Shown piece after piece: positions 1 through 9,146 of a stretch of 64,000 nt of DNA. The position numbers and the translations under genes were made by a program. The notes below the pieces were generated by a model. That model worked only from the letters and a program-made list of their open reading frames with translations, was not told the DNA's origin and made no database searches. This DNA is from Myxococcales bacterium (GTDB taxonomy: Bacteria; Myxococcota; Myxococcia; Myxococcales; UBA5297). The DNA is taken from positions 226,486 to 290,485 of the forward strand of contig JAVBMV010000007.1 of the NCBI GenBank assembly GCA_031552145.1. The letters run 5' to 3'. Within the stretch, counting starts at the first letter, position 1; each line of letters begins with the position of its first letter.

Positions 1-3000
1 CGTTCCTGGGGTTCGTCTTCGATCTAACGCTGCGAGATGTGCCGGCCGCACCGGTGAACGACAAGTGCGAGAACGCAATGGATTTGGGGGTCATGAGACC
101 CAATGAGCCCTCGAGCCATATCGAGCTTGATATTGGTACGTTGGAGGGAGCGACGCGCGACCTGAAGGGAACTTCGGAGAAGGCCCTGGCGTCGCCCGGG
201 GTGGACGTCGTCTATAAGTTCAAGGTGGAAAATACCGTCGCCTTTAGAGCAAGAGTGACGAGCAGAGAGGATAGCTTGGCCGGCCCAACCCTGGTGCTGG
301 TCCAGTCCGATGATTGCGCGCCTAACGTGGAGCTCGCCACTGGATACTACGCCGCAACCAGACTGCCGTTCAACGCGCGTGGCGATACGCTCTTCCTGCC
401 GCGCAATCCGCTTTCATCTATGCCAGGGGCTGCGCTCATGCCGGGCACCTACTACCTCTATGTGGTTGCTACGACGCCCGTCGAAGGGGCCTTCTATCTG
501 GATCTCTCCGTTTATGAGACGGAGGACGAGGTTATCAACGGCAAGCCCACCTCTGTGGTCAAGGGGCGCTCCTGCGCCAAGGCGGTTCAGATCCCAATCG
601 ACGCGGCAACGGGTATTGGAACCATGCGCGCCGACACGGCAGGCGCCTTCGGAGTGGATAAAGCCCGCTCGCTCGACTGTATGTATATGTCGGCTGGCAG
701 TACGCCGGATCTCTTCTTCAAGTTCACGGTTCCCGCCGGGGGGCAGCGTGATGCCGAGATCGTCGTCGCCCCAGATCGCTATTCTGGACAGGCTCCTATC
801 ATCTACTTGCGCACCGACTGTGCCAATCCGCTCACCGAATTCTCCTGTGAAACGGTGAGCAGCACCTATGCGCCGGCCAAGATCACGCCCAAGCGGCTCG
901 CGGGTGGGGCGACCTACTTCCTCGTGGTCGACTCGGTCCTTCACGCGTTGACCGATTCCTACGCCATTGAGATTAAACTCACGGCTTCTGCCGCGGCCCC
1001 CGCCAACGACAAGTGTTCGGCTGCGCTCGTGGATATGGAGTTTGTAGAGAACATCGCCACGGCACAGGGAGACACCGCCGAAGCGACCGATGATTACCAG
1101 GGCTCCTGCTATAGCAGGGCCGTGAGCGGCAACGACCTGGTCTATCAATTCCAGTTGACCGAAAAGAAATATGACATCAAGGTAAGCGTGACCTCCACCG
1201 CCGACTTCGCGCCGGCGGCGTGCGTCAGGTCGACCTGTGACGCGACGGCGGCGGGCGAACTCGCCTGTTCCCGAGATATGGCGGAGCCTATCCTCGTCAA
1301 CAATCTGGCGCCGGGTAAATACTACGTCGTGGTCGACAGCGACCTGCGCCAGTCGTCGGGCCCCTTCACGCTTACGGTCGAGCGCATCGACGCCATTCCG
1401 CCTCCCGCCAATGATGTGTGCGGAGCTGGTGTAACGGGGCTCACCTTCGATGGGAGCAATATTGCATTCATTTCTGGCGAGTCGACAATCCGGGCAAATA
1501 ACGACACCGCGCCGCGGTGTACCCCCTATCCGACCGTCGCCGCCAGCCCCGATGTCTTCTACTCCTTCACTACCCCGGCAGCGACAGTCGACGCGCCCTC
1601 TTGGAAGGCGGTTGCCCGCGTTTTCCGGACGGGTTCTTACAGGCCCGCATCGCCCTACATCGCGGAGGTGGCGATCAGGTCGGTCTGTGACAGCAACGCG
1701 GCCGAGCACCAGTTGGGGTGCGGTTACGACCTTGGCTTCAACATTTCGACGAAGCCCGCGGGAGTCGGCGTCGCCATGGCGGTCGCGCCGAAGCTGTTGC
1801 CCTCGACGACCTACTATGTCGTCGTAGATGGCAGCATAAACACCTCGGGCACCTTCGACCTCGAAGTCCGCCTCTTCGATGGCGCCGATACCCCCGACAA
1901 CTGCGCGTCTGCCGAAACCCTCGATTTCTTAACGGGCGTCGAATCGATACGAGCCAGCACCTTCGGCGCGGTCAACGACTCCGCATCGAGTACGCTTGCA
2001 GCGGCCGCGAGTGCAGGTGCTGACGTGGTCTATCATGTCAAGCCATTGGCTCCCTCCGATTTGACGGTGAACCTGACCTTTGCCTCGACTTTCGCTGGCG
2101 CTACGCTCTATATACGCAAGGGCGTTTGCGCCAGTACCAATAAAACAGACGAGATCGCCTCTGCAGTGCGGGGCGGTGGTGGTCCTGTATCGTTGGTGGT
2201 GCCGGATCTGGTCGCAGGTACTGACTATTACATATGGGTGGACGGCGAGGCGGCCATGATGGGTGAGTACTGGCTCGACGCCGAGCTGATCCCAACGACG
2301 ACGGTGCCCACCAATGTCTCCTGCACGACGGCGACGCCCGTACCGATTAACAACGACGTCGGTTCCATCTCGGGTAGCACCTTGCGAGGCGCGAACACCA
2401 ATACGGCCAGTGGGATGTGCGGCGTGATGAACGGCAATGACCAGGTCTTCTCCTTCGAGATCAGTGGCACGGAGAACAGGAGCGTCAAGATCGAACTGGC
2501 TCCGGCGCTCTCCTCTCCGACCTTTGTGCCGAGTCTCTATCTGCGCAGCGGATGTGGTGGCGCGACTGAAAAGGCGCTGGGATGCGTACTCGGCGTAGCG
2601 GACACCACGACAAGGCTTTCGCGCTACGACCTCAGACCCGGCATCTACTATATCTACGTCGATAGCCCAACCGCGGGTATGGGTGGAGGCTTCGAGCTGA
2701 CGGTGACCTTGGGCAAGCCCATTGCCTATCCGGACACCTGTGACGAGGCCGTGAGCATCGCGCTCGATGAGGCTGGGAGGGCAACGGTCGTCGGTGATAC
2801 GACCGCCGCTACCAACGATTCCTATGGGTCGGTCGCTGGATGCGGAATGATGAGTGGCATAGTGCCGTATGGTGGCCCGGGGCGCTCGGGGCGAGATCTG
2901 GTCTACAAACTCGACACAACCACGCTCTCGGGCAACCGCGACCTCACGGCATCGCTCTTTGGTTCGACGGAGCGCGCGATGCAGCTCTACCTGAAGAGAA

Positions 3001-5945
3001 GCTGCGATGGCCACGAGGCGGGCGATGAGCTTGGTTGTGTCACCGAATCGGCCTTCAAGAGCCCAACGCTCAGGGTGGATAACCTCGCGGCAGGTGTCTA
3101 CTACCTGTGGGTCGATGATGCCACTACCAGCGACACGACAATCTTGGGTGCGGGGAGCGTCTTCTCCCTGGCAATTACTTTGGAGCCGACGATCACTCCC
3201 TCCGAATCTCCTTCGCTCTGCCATCCGGCGAAGCCTATTCACATGCCCGCGGGGGGCTTTGTCGAGGAGCTGGGAACGACGGTGGGCGGCTTTGCTGGTG
3301 ATCCGGGAGCCGGCACCTACAACGGCCCGAGCGTCTACTATGCACTCACCTTGGCGGAGAGCGGCAGGGTCACGATCAAGGTGGAGCGAGGAGCCGACGC
3401 GCCCACGACCTACACGCCCTCCATCATGCTCCGCGACGGCGGCTGCTCACTTTCCCTGGGTAGCGCCAGTCCAACTGTAAACGCCAATTCCAACTTCTTT
3501 GGAGCGCAGCTGACCACGGCGACCGCGCTCTCCAAGGACTCGTCTTACATACTCACTGTCGATAGCCAAGCCGGTACGAATGCCGCCGGCAGCTTCAAGC
3601 TGACGATCATACCCTATCTAGATGGAAAGGCCGTGGTCGAAGGCCAGTGCGCCCCGACGGCCCAGCTCACCGTTGGCCTTGCCGCGCCACGCGCGGTCTT
3701 CTCCTCCACCAGCACCACCAGCAGCGCCCTCTTCACCTCGACCTGTCTCATCGAGCATGAGCCTCCAATGCCAGACAGTATCCTCTCTGGCACTGCCAAG
3801 GAGGTGCTCTTTGGCCTGAGGGTGGCGGCGGGGGTCCCGCAAGGAAAGCGCCTTACCATCGACGTCATGCCGCTCGATACCAACTTCAAGCCCCTGCTCG
3901 AGCTGCGCAGCGGACCCTGCGACATCACCCGACAGCAGGGCGCAACGGTGGGATGCGGTTGGCTCTACAGCACGGGCTCCGCGACGGCCACGCCGAGAAG
4001 AATCGTGGTCGATAACGTGACTCCGGGCGACTATAACCTCTGGGTGGACGCGACGGGAGAAGCGACGGGAGGCGCCGCCGTTTATGGCCCCTTCATCCTC
4101 GATATCAAGCTCGAGGAGAAGCCAGCCGCCAATCCTCCGGGCGACACGTGCGCTCAGGCGGCGCCCATTACGCTGCTTGGAGGTGCCTCGGCACATATCG
4201 AAGGGACCTTCGATGGGGCGACGAACAGCACAGAACTGTCGTGCATCAATGATATGGAGCCATTCTTCATCAACGGTCCAGATCGCTATTATCTGCTCGA
4301 CCTCGCTGTGGCCAGGAAGGTGACCGCCAGGCTGAGCACCTCACCTACCCTGTGGGCCGGCATGGAGCTGCGCCCCGACTGTAGCAGCGACCACAAGTCA
4401 ATGGCGTGTGCCGCCACGACCAGCCTCGGGCGAATGGTCACGCTCTCTAGCTTCTCCATCCCCAGGGTCGAAGCAGGTAAGTACCGCCTCGTCGTCTTGG
4501 CCAACGAGGGGAGGCGATATGGGAATTATGAGATCGACCTCGTTCTGGATGAGCCGGGTCCTGGAATCGACAACGACACCTGCGAGACGGCTACGCCCAT
4601 TATACTCGATGCGCACAATCGCCTCTCTTTCAAGACGGCGCCCATCGGCAATGCCACCTCCGGCGAAGAGCTCCCCAGTTTCGATTTGGATGGCTCCGGC
4701 TACCAGATTCCCGCCGCGCTCGTTGGGCCGGACATCTACTATTCGCTACAGGCGCCTGCTGGAAAGAAGCTCTCCGTCAGCGTTAGGACTCACGAGTCTC
4801 TGGCAACTGCCATCTTCCTAAGAGCCGACTGCGAGCATGCCGGCAATGGCCAGGAGATCCACCGGGTCGATAGTGCCAAGATGAACAGGCAGGGGACGGA
4901 CCCGTCGGCAAAGATCTATGACTCGACCGCAATAATGGTTCACAACTCGCTGCCTCCATCGCCGACCGGCACGTACATTCTAGCCATCGATACTCGAAAC
5001 TCGGGCCCGCACGAACTTCAGATTGACGTCAGTCTCGAGGATTCTCGACCGATCACCAACGACTCCTGTCCTGTCGGTACCGAGACGGGAGAGGTCCTGC
5101 AGTTCGTCGACGGCCGGGCGATGATCATGGGTAACATCGAGGATGGCACCCCCGATACCGTCGGCCGCTGCCACGCCGACTCACAAGGGGAGACCTTCGG
5201 AAGGGGCTCTGTCGGCCCGGACAGGGTCTACGTGGTAAAGACTACGGAGGCACACAATCTCGATGCGACCGTTATGTCTTTCGGTGGGTTCGTCCCCTCG
5301 CTCTACCTGCGAAAGGAGTGCGCGAGTGAGGATGTGGCCAATGAGCTTGCCTGCACCTACATGGAGAGCGTCGCGGCGATCAAGCGGACCGCGCTGCCCG
5401 CGGGCACCTACTATCTTTGGGTCGACTCGTCGGTGATCTCGGCGACCGGCGCCTATGTGTTGGATGTCAAGCTCGAACCCACGACCGGCGCCTTGCCGGG
5501 CGAGTCTTGCGACAACCCCATCGAGCTGGAGAATGGCGTTCCTTGGCTTGGCTCCAACGCCGCCTACCAGAACGACTATGGCAATCCGCTCTTCGCGGGG
5601 AGTGTCTGCAATCCACCGGGGTACGACCCTATCAGAGGCAAGCGTCGCTCGCCGGGCGCCGACATCATCTTTAAGTATACCCACCTGAGTGACGCGCCCT
5701 TCGGCGTCACGGTCGATTGTATCGACGGCGTTGATACCACGATCATGGTCTCGGAGGGTGTTTGCGACGGTTCGCCTCAGAGCTGCGGCTGGTTCTCTTC
5801 GGCTCGCCCGGACCAGAAGAACAACTGCATGGAGAATGTACAGCTCTCCTATCCGAAGAAGGACCAAACCTACTACATCATCGTCGACAGCCCCACCCAG
5901 ACTCAGCTGAAAAAGGGCGGGCGGATTAGCGTAGTGGTCTACTAA
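1..5945 (+). CDS. Giant secreted multi-module protein, 5'-truncated by the window edge (13 tandem ~135-aa four-Cys PPC-like modules in the window)
   Basis: The frame is open back to base 3. The residues before the GTG at 39 (FLGFVFDLTLRD) read like the G-x-F-x-L-x-L end of a preceding module, so the gene starts upstream. There are 13 modules with the skeleton NDxC..A / G(S/T)T..A.(N/D)D / C / G.D(L/V)VY.F / P.(L/I)Y(L/I)R..C / ELxC / L.(P/A)G.YY(L/I).VD(S/G) / G.F.L.(V/L). TAA stop at 5943-5945, followed by a strong hairpin. Confidence 0.85.
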   Translation, partial: FLGFVFDLTLRDVPAAPVNDKCENAMDLGVMRPNEPSSHIELDIGTLEGATRDLKGTSEKALASPGVDVVYKFKVENTVAFRARVTSREDSLAGPTLVLVQSDDCAPNVELATGYYAATRLPFNARGDTLFLPRNPLSSMPGAALMPGTYYLYVVATTPVEGAFYLDLSVYETEDEVINGKPTSVVKGRSCAKAVQIPIDAATGIGTMRADTAGAFGVDKARSLDCMYMSAGSTPDLFFKFTVPAGGQRDAEIVVAPDRYSGQAPIIYLRTDCANPLTEFSCETVSSTYAPAKITPKRLAGGATYFLVVDSVLHALTDSYAIEIKLTASAAAPANDKCSAALVDMEFVENIATAQGDTAEATDDYQGSCYSRAVSGNDLVYQFQLTEKKYDIKVSVTSTADFAPAACVRSTCDATAAGELACSRDMAEPILVNNLAPGKYYVVVDSDLRQSSGPFTLTVERIDAIPPPANDVCGAGVTGLTFDGSNIAFISGESTIRANNDTAPRCTPYPTVAASPDVFYSFTTPAATVDAPSWKAVARVFRTGSYRPASPYIAEVAIRSVCDSNAAEHQLGCGYDLGFNISTKPAGVGVAMAVAPKLLPSTTYYVVVDGSINTSGTFDLEVRLFDGADTPDNCASAETLDFLTGVESIRASTFGAVNDSASSTLAAAASAGADVVYHVKPLAPSDLTVNLTFASTFAGATLYIRKGVCASTNKTDEIASAVRGGGGPVSLVVPDLVAGTDYYIWVDGEAAMMGEYWLDAELIPTTTVPTNVSCTTATPVPINNDVGSISGSTLRGANTNTASGMCGVMNGNDQVFSFEISGTENRSVKIELAPALSSPTFVPSLYLRSGCGGATEKALGCVLGVADTTTRLSRYDLRPGIYYIYVDSPTAGMGGGFELTVTLGKPIAYPDTCDEAVSIALDEAGRATVVGDTTAATNDSYGSVAGCGMMSGIVPYGGPGRSGRDLVYKLDTTTLSGNRDLTASLFGSTERAMQLYLKRSCDGHEAGDELGCVTESAFKSPTLRVDNLAAGVYYLWVDDATTSDTTILGAGSVFSLAITLEPTITPSESPSLCHPAKPIHMPAGGFVEELGTTVGGFAGDPGAGTYNGPSVYYALTLAESGRVTIKVERGADAPTTYTPSIMLRDGGCSLSLGSASPTVNANSNFFGAQLTTATALSKDSSYILTVDSQAGTNAAGSFKLTIIPYLDGKAVVEGQCAPTAQLTVGLAAPRAVFSSTSTTSSALFTSTCLIEHEPPMPDSILSGTAKEVLFGLRVAAGVPQGKRLTIDVMPLDTNFKPLLELRSGPCDITRQQGATVGCGWLYSTGSATATPRRIVVDNVTPGDYNLWVDATGEATGGAAVYGPFILDIKLEEKPAANPPGDTCAQAAPITLLGGASAHIEGTFDGATNSTELSCINDMEPFFINGPDRYYLLDLAVARKVTARLSTSPTLWAGMELRPDCSSDHKSMACAATTSLGRMVTLSSFSIPRVEAGKYRLVVLANEGRRYGNYEIDLVLDEPGPGIDNDTCETATPIILDAHNRLSFKTAPIGNATSGEELPSFDLDGSGYQIPAALVGPDIYYSLQAPAGKKLSVSVRTHESLATAIFLRADCEHAGNGQEIHRVDSAKMNRQGTDPSAKIYDSTAIMVHNSLPPSPTGTYILAIDTRNSGPHELQIDVSLEDSRPITNDSCPVGTETGEVLQFVDGRAMIMGNIEDGTPDTVGRCHADSQGETFGRGSVGPDRVYVVKTTEAHNLDATVMSFGGFVPSLYLRKECASEDVANELACTYMESVAAIKRTALPAGTYYLWVDSSVISATGAYVLDVKLEPTTGALPGESCDNPIELENGVPWLGSNAAYQNDYGNPLFAGSVCNPPGYDPIRGKRRSPGADIIFKYTHLSDAPFGVTVDCIDGVDTTIMVSEGVCDGSPQSCGWFSSARPDQKNNCMENVQLSYPKKDQTYYIIVDSPTQTQLKKGGRISVVVY

Positions 5946-5951
5946 TTGCGG

Positions 5952-5988
5952 TGCTTGCGGCGGCGACTCGATGTCGCCGCCGCAAGCA
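5952..5988 (+). terminator. Strong hairpin directly after the giant-gene stop (16-bp perfect stem, 5-nt loop)
   Basis: TGCTTGCGGCGGCGAC (5952-5967) pairs perfectly with GTCGCCGCCGCAAGCA (5973-5988); loop TCGAT. No clear T-tract follows, so it is terminator-like rather than a canonical intrinsic terminator. Confidence 0.55.
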
Positions 5989-6048
5989 TCGAATTGGAGC
6001 CTCGTGGCGCGGTTGCGGCGAAGCCACTCAGGCAGGTAGCGTGGGCGT

Positions 6049-7053
6049 ATGTGTCGTCGGCGACTCTTCGCGCTGCGCTTTATCTTGCCGCTCTTCGCGG
6101 GCGCGCTGATGCAGCCTGCGCCCGCCCACGCCGGGAGGTTGCGCGTGCGCATCGACTTGTTGCCTTGTCCCCAGCGCGAGGCGATCGGGCGCGAGATCGA
6201 GGAGGGCGCGCAGGGGTTGCTTGAAGGCAGGGGAGAGCTGATGCTCGTGATTCTCCAAGAGTCGGAGGAGATGCTCCGAGTGCTGCTCTACGGCGCCCAG
6301 AGCCCCTTCGAGAAGCGGCTGCCCTTTACGGCGAAAGAGTGCGACGAGCTGCCGACGGTCGCGTCGCTTCTGCTGCAGAGCTGGCTGGGGATGAGCATCG
6401 ATGAGAAGGAGCCCGAGGAGGAGGCGCGCATGCCGGTCGAGAGCGAGCTCGCGATGCAGGAGGTGAGCGGAGAGGCCTCGACCTCGACCTGGACGCTCGT
6501 CGCCGCGCCACGCGCCGGAATCGCCGGAGGGTTAGGGGAGCAGTGGCAGTGGACGCCCTCGATGGCGCTGGGGCTGGGGCTGCGCGCTCCGACGCCCTGG
6601 CCCGAGGCGCTCTCGGGGAGCTGGGGGTTGGAGCTGGTCGGCCGATATGACGCGCCCTTCATCGCCAATAGCGCGCAGGGCTCGGTCCGCGCCGAGCTCT
6701 TCGCCCTGGCGCTCGAGGGGCTCTATTCGACCAACCTGGGAGAGTCGGTGCGGCTCTCCATGGCGGTTGGTCCCGCGCTGGAGTGGACCCATGGCTCCAC
6801 CTCCATCGCTGGAAGGAGCGAGGCGACGCTCACCAGCGCCGCGCTGGCCTGCGCGCTGGGGCTCACCGTGCCACTCAACGAGCGCCTCTCGCTCTCCACA
6901 TCGCTCGAGGCGCTGATGCGGCCGAGAGGGATCGCCTTTACTTACGGGCGCCGCGTCGGGCTGGAGCTGGCCCCCGTGCGGCTGGCGCTCCTGACCGGGC
7001 TCTCCTGGGATTTCGCTTCGGGCGGAGAGCGGCGAGGGGAGGACCGGCAATGA
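6049..7053 (+). CDS. Secreted hypothetical protein with a beta-strand-rich, outer-membrane-barrel-like C-terminal half
   Basis: Signal-peptide-like N-terminus MCRRRLFALRFILPLFAGALMQPAPAHA. The C-terminal half shows alternating-hydrophobic strands ending LLTGLSWDF near the terminus. The stop overlaps the next gene's ATG (ATGA, 7050-7053). Confidence 0.6.
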   Translation: MCRRRLFALRFILPLFAGALMQPAPAHAGRLRVRIDLLPCPQREAIGREIEEGAQGLLEGRGELMLVILQESEEMLRVLLYGAQSPFEKRLPFTAKECDELPTVASLLLQSWLGMSIDEKEPEEEARMPVESELAMQEVSGEASTSTWTLVAAPRAGIAGGLGEQWQWTPSMALGLGLRAPTPWPEALSGSWGLELVGRYDAPFIANSAQGSVRAELFALALEGLYSTNLGESVRLSMAVGPALEWTHGSTSIAGRSEATLTSAALACALGLTVPLNERLSLSTSLEALMRPRGIAFTYGRRVGLELAPVRLALLTGLSWDFASGGERRGEDRQ

Positions 7054-7673
7054 GCCAGGGGCCCGCGCGCGTCCGGTTGCTCAAGGTGGTGACGCCGCCC
7101 GCCGCTCTCCCGAAAGAGAGTGTCGAGTGCGTGGAGCGCGCTCCCCAGGGGCGGCCCGACATCTCGCGGCTCTACCAGGAGCAGAGCCCCATCATCCGGA
7201 AGCTTCTGGGGAGGCTTCTCGGCCCACACAGGGAGATCGAGGACCTGATGCAGGAGGTCTTCGTCGTCGCCCTGAAGAGGCTCCCGGCGTTGGAGCAGTC
7301 CGACTGCGCGCCCAGGCTCTGGCTTACGGGCATCGCGGTGCGGCTGGCGGCAAACGCCCGGCGAAAGCTCTGGTTCAAGAAGGTGCTGCTCGGCGATGGC
7401 GCCGAGGCCAATCGAGAGCTGGTCGAATGGCACACTCCCGAGTGGGCGCTCCAAGGGCTCGAGGAGGCGAAGCGCCTCTACGCGCTCTTGGGGACGCTCT
7501 CCGAGAAGCAGCGGGAGGTGGTTATCCTCTTCGAGCTGCATGGCATGAGCTGCGCCGAGATCTCGCAGGCGCTGGCCTGCCCCCTCAAGACGGTCTATTG
7601 GCGCCTCGATCAGGCCCGCGAAAAATTGATTAGGCGCAATGAAGCGACGCTGCGGCGTTGGACGACGACATGA
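7050..7673 (+). CDS. ECF-type RNA polymerase sigma-70 factor
   Basis: Region 2 (DLMQEVFVVALKRL...WLTGIAVRLAANARRK) and region 4 HTH (LSEKQREVVILFELHGMSCAEISQALACPLKTVYWRLDQAREKL). Start placed at ATG 7050 (MSQGPARV), because the track start at 6783 lies inside the preceding gene. Confidence 0.85.
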   Translation: MSQGPARVRLLKVVTPPAALPKESVECVERAPQGRPDISRLYQEQSPIIRKLLGRLLGPHREIEDLMQEVFVVALKRLPALEQSDCAPRLWLTGIAVRLAANARRKLWFKKVLLGDGAEANRELVEWHTPEWALQGLEEAKRLYALLGTLSEKQREVVILFELHGMSCAEISQALACPLKTVYWRLDQAREKLIRRNEATLRRWTTT

Positions 7674-9052
7674 GCGATCCGAGACGATTCATCGAGTACG
7701 AAACACCGGGACCGCAGGAGCGGCTGGGGCGCCTCATGCGCTCCGCCGAGCTGCTCCTGGAGCGAACCGAAGAGCGAGCCGAGGAGCTGCGCCGGGCGGG
7801 TACTCCCGCGCGGCGCCAACGGAGACCTGCGAGGGGGTGCAGGCTCTGGCCGCGTGCCGCCGCTGCCGTGGTCGCCGCGGCGGTGGCGCTCTGGGTTGGT
7901 CTGGTGCTCCGGGGTGCGCCCCCCGAGCCGGGCGGCGCCGAATTGGCGGCGGTTTCACAAGCGCGTATCGAGGCACCCGCGGACGAAGGGGCGCGCTGGA
8001 CCGAGATGGTTATCCAGGGGCTCGGCTCGTTCGAGCGCGAGTCGGCCCGCAATCTCGTGGTGGAGGAGCGCAGCGAGGCGCGCAGGATCGTAGTGGAGGA
8101 GGGATACTTTAGGGCGCAGGTCGACTCCCAGCCCATCGACAGGCCTCTGATCCTCGATACCCCACACCTGCGTGTCGTGGTAGTGGGGACGCGCTTCGAC
8201 CTCTTCGTCACCCCCGCTCGCACCGACGTCCTGCTCATCGAGGGGCGCGTGCGCATCGAGTCCCCCTTTGGACAGCTCTATCTCTCCGCGGGCGAGTCGA
8301 TCTCCTCCGACGATCCCAGGCTCGCGCCCCGCGAGCGCCCGGCCAGCGCCATCGACGAGGCCGCCGGCCCGATCGCTGGAGTCGAGCGGGTGCGCGCCAG
8401 AGCCTCCTCTCGTGCAGCGCATCAGGGCGCGCCGGCGACCCGGGCCCGCGTCAGCGCCAGCGCCAGCGCCGCGAGGGTGGCGAATCCGAGCGAGTTACAT
8501 CGGTCCGCGGCGGGTCACCTCTCGCCCGACGCGCCGCGCGCTGGGGTCGAGCCACTGCGCGAGCCGCTGTTGCCGGCGCGCGCGCGCGATTGCATCCTTC
8601 GCTCCACCGAGGAGGCAGTGCGCGCCTGCCTCGCGCGGCTCGCGAAGGGGGACGGGCTCTCGGCGCAGAGCGCGCTCTATCTTCTAGGCAAGCGCCTGGG
8701 CGTCGACCCAGAGCGCTACGCCGAGGCCATCGAGACCTTCCGCTCACTGCAGGAGCGCTTTCCGCGCGCGGTCTACCTGCCCGAGGCCAGCCTCGAGATC
8801 TTCGAACTCCAGCGCGCCAGGGGGGCGGTGGCCGAGGCGATTGCCACCGCCGCGCAGTTCGAGCTGCGCTTCCTGGATGACCCGCGCGTGCCGGAGGTGA
8901 AGCTCGCCCGCGCGCGCCTCATCTGCAACTCGGAGGAGGAGCGCCTGCGCGATCCCGAGCAGCTCGCAAGGCTCTTCGGTGAGCTGCACGCGCTCTCCAA
9001 CCTCGGGCTGCGCTTCGAGGCGGTGAGGCTGGAAGAGAGCTGCGGCAGGTAG
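7670..9052 (+). CDS. FecR-like anti-sigma factor (single-pass membrane protein)
   Basis: ATG 7670 overlaps the sigma-factor stop (ATGA). One hydrophobic helix (AAAAVVAAAVALWVGLVL). FecR-like segment LDTPHLRVVVVGTRFDLFVTPARTDVLLIEGRVRIESPFGQLYLSAGESI. The track start at 7658 is also possible. Confidence 0.7.
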   Translation: MSDPRRFIEYETPGPQERLGRLMRSAELLLERTEERAEELRRAGTPARRQRRPARGCRLWPRAAAAVVAAAVALWVGLVLRGAPPEPGGAELAAVSQARIEAPADEGARWTEMVIQGLGSFERESARNLVVEERSEARRIVVEEGYFRAQVDSQPIDRPLILDTPHLRVVVVGTRFDLFVTPARTDVLLIEGRVRIESPFGQLYLSAGESISSDDPRLAPRERPASAIDEAAGPIAGVERVRARASSRAAHQGAPATRARVSASASAARVANPSELHRSAAGHLSPDAPRAGVEPLREPLLPARARDCILRSTEEAVRACLARLAKGDGLSAQSALYLLGKRLGVDPERYAEAIETFRSLQERFPRAVYLPEASLEIFELQRARGAVAEAIATAAQFELRFLDDPRVPEVKLARARLICNSEEERLRDPEQLARLFGELHALSNLGLRFEAVRLEESCGR

Positions 9053-9146
9053 GGGCAGGTGGCGGCATTGGGGCGGGCAGGGTATAGGGTCTACCCCCGA
9101 CGCGGGCGACCCGCAGCAAGACCCACCTGCCCGCAGGAGCCACCAC

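Noticed and set aside
39-41. GTG at 39 as the true start of the first giant gene
   Set aside because: The frame is open to the window edge. The preceding residues look like the end of another module, and there is no signal peptide after position 39. The gene is 5'-truncated.
6783-7049. Track start codons lying inside upstream genes (6783 for the sigma factor; likewise 43072 for the B3/4 protein, 55295 and 20586 for lipoproteins, 26536 for M23)
   Set aside because: The longest-ORF starts overlap upstream genes or add residues in front of clear signal peptides. Downstream ATGs with an RBS or ATGA/TGATG coupling fit better.
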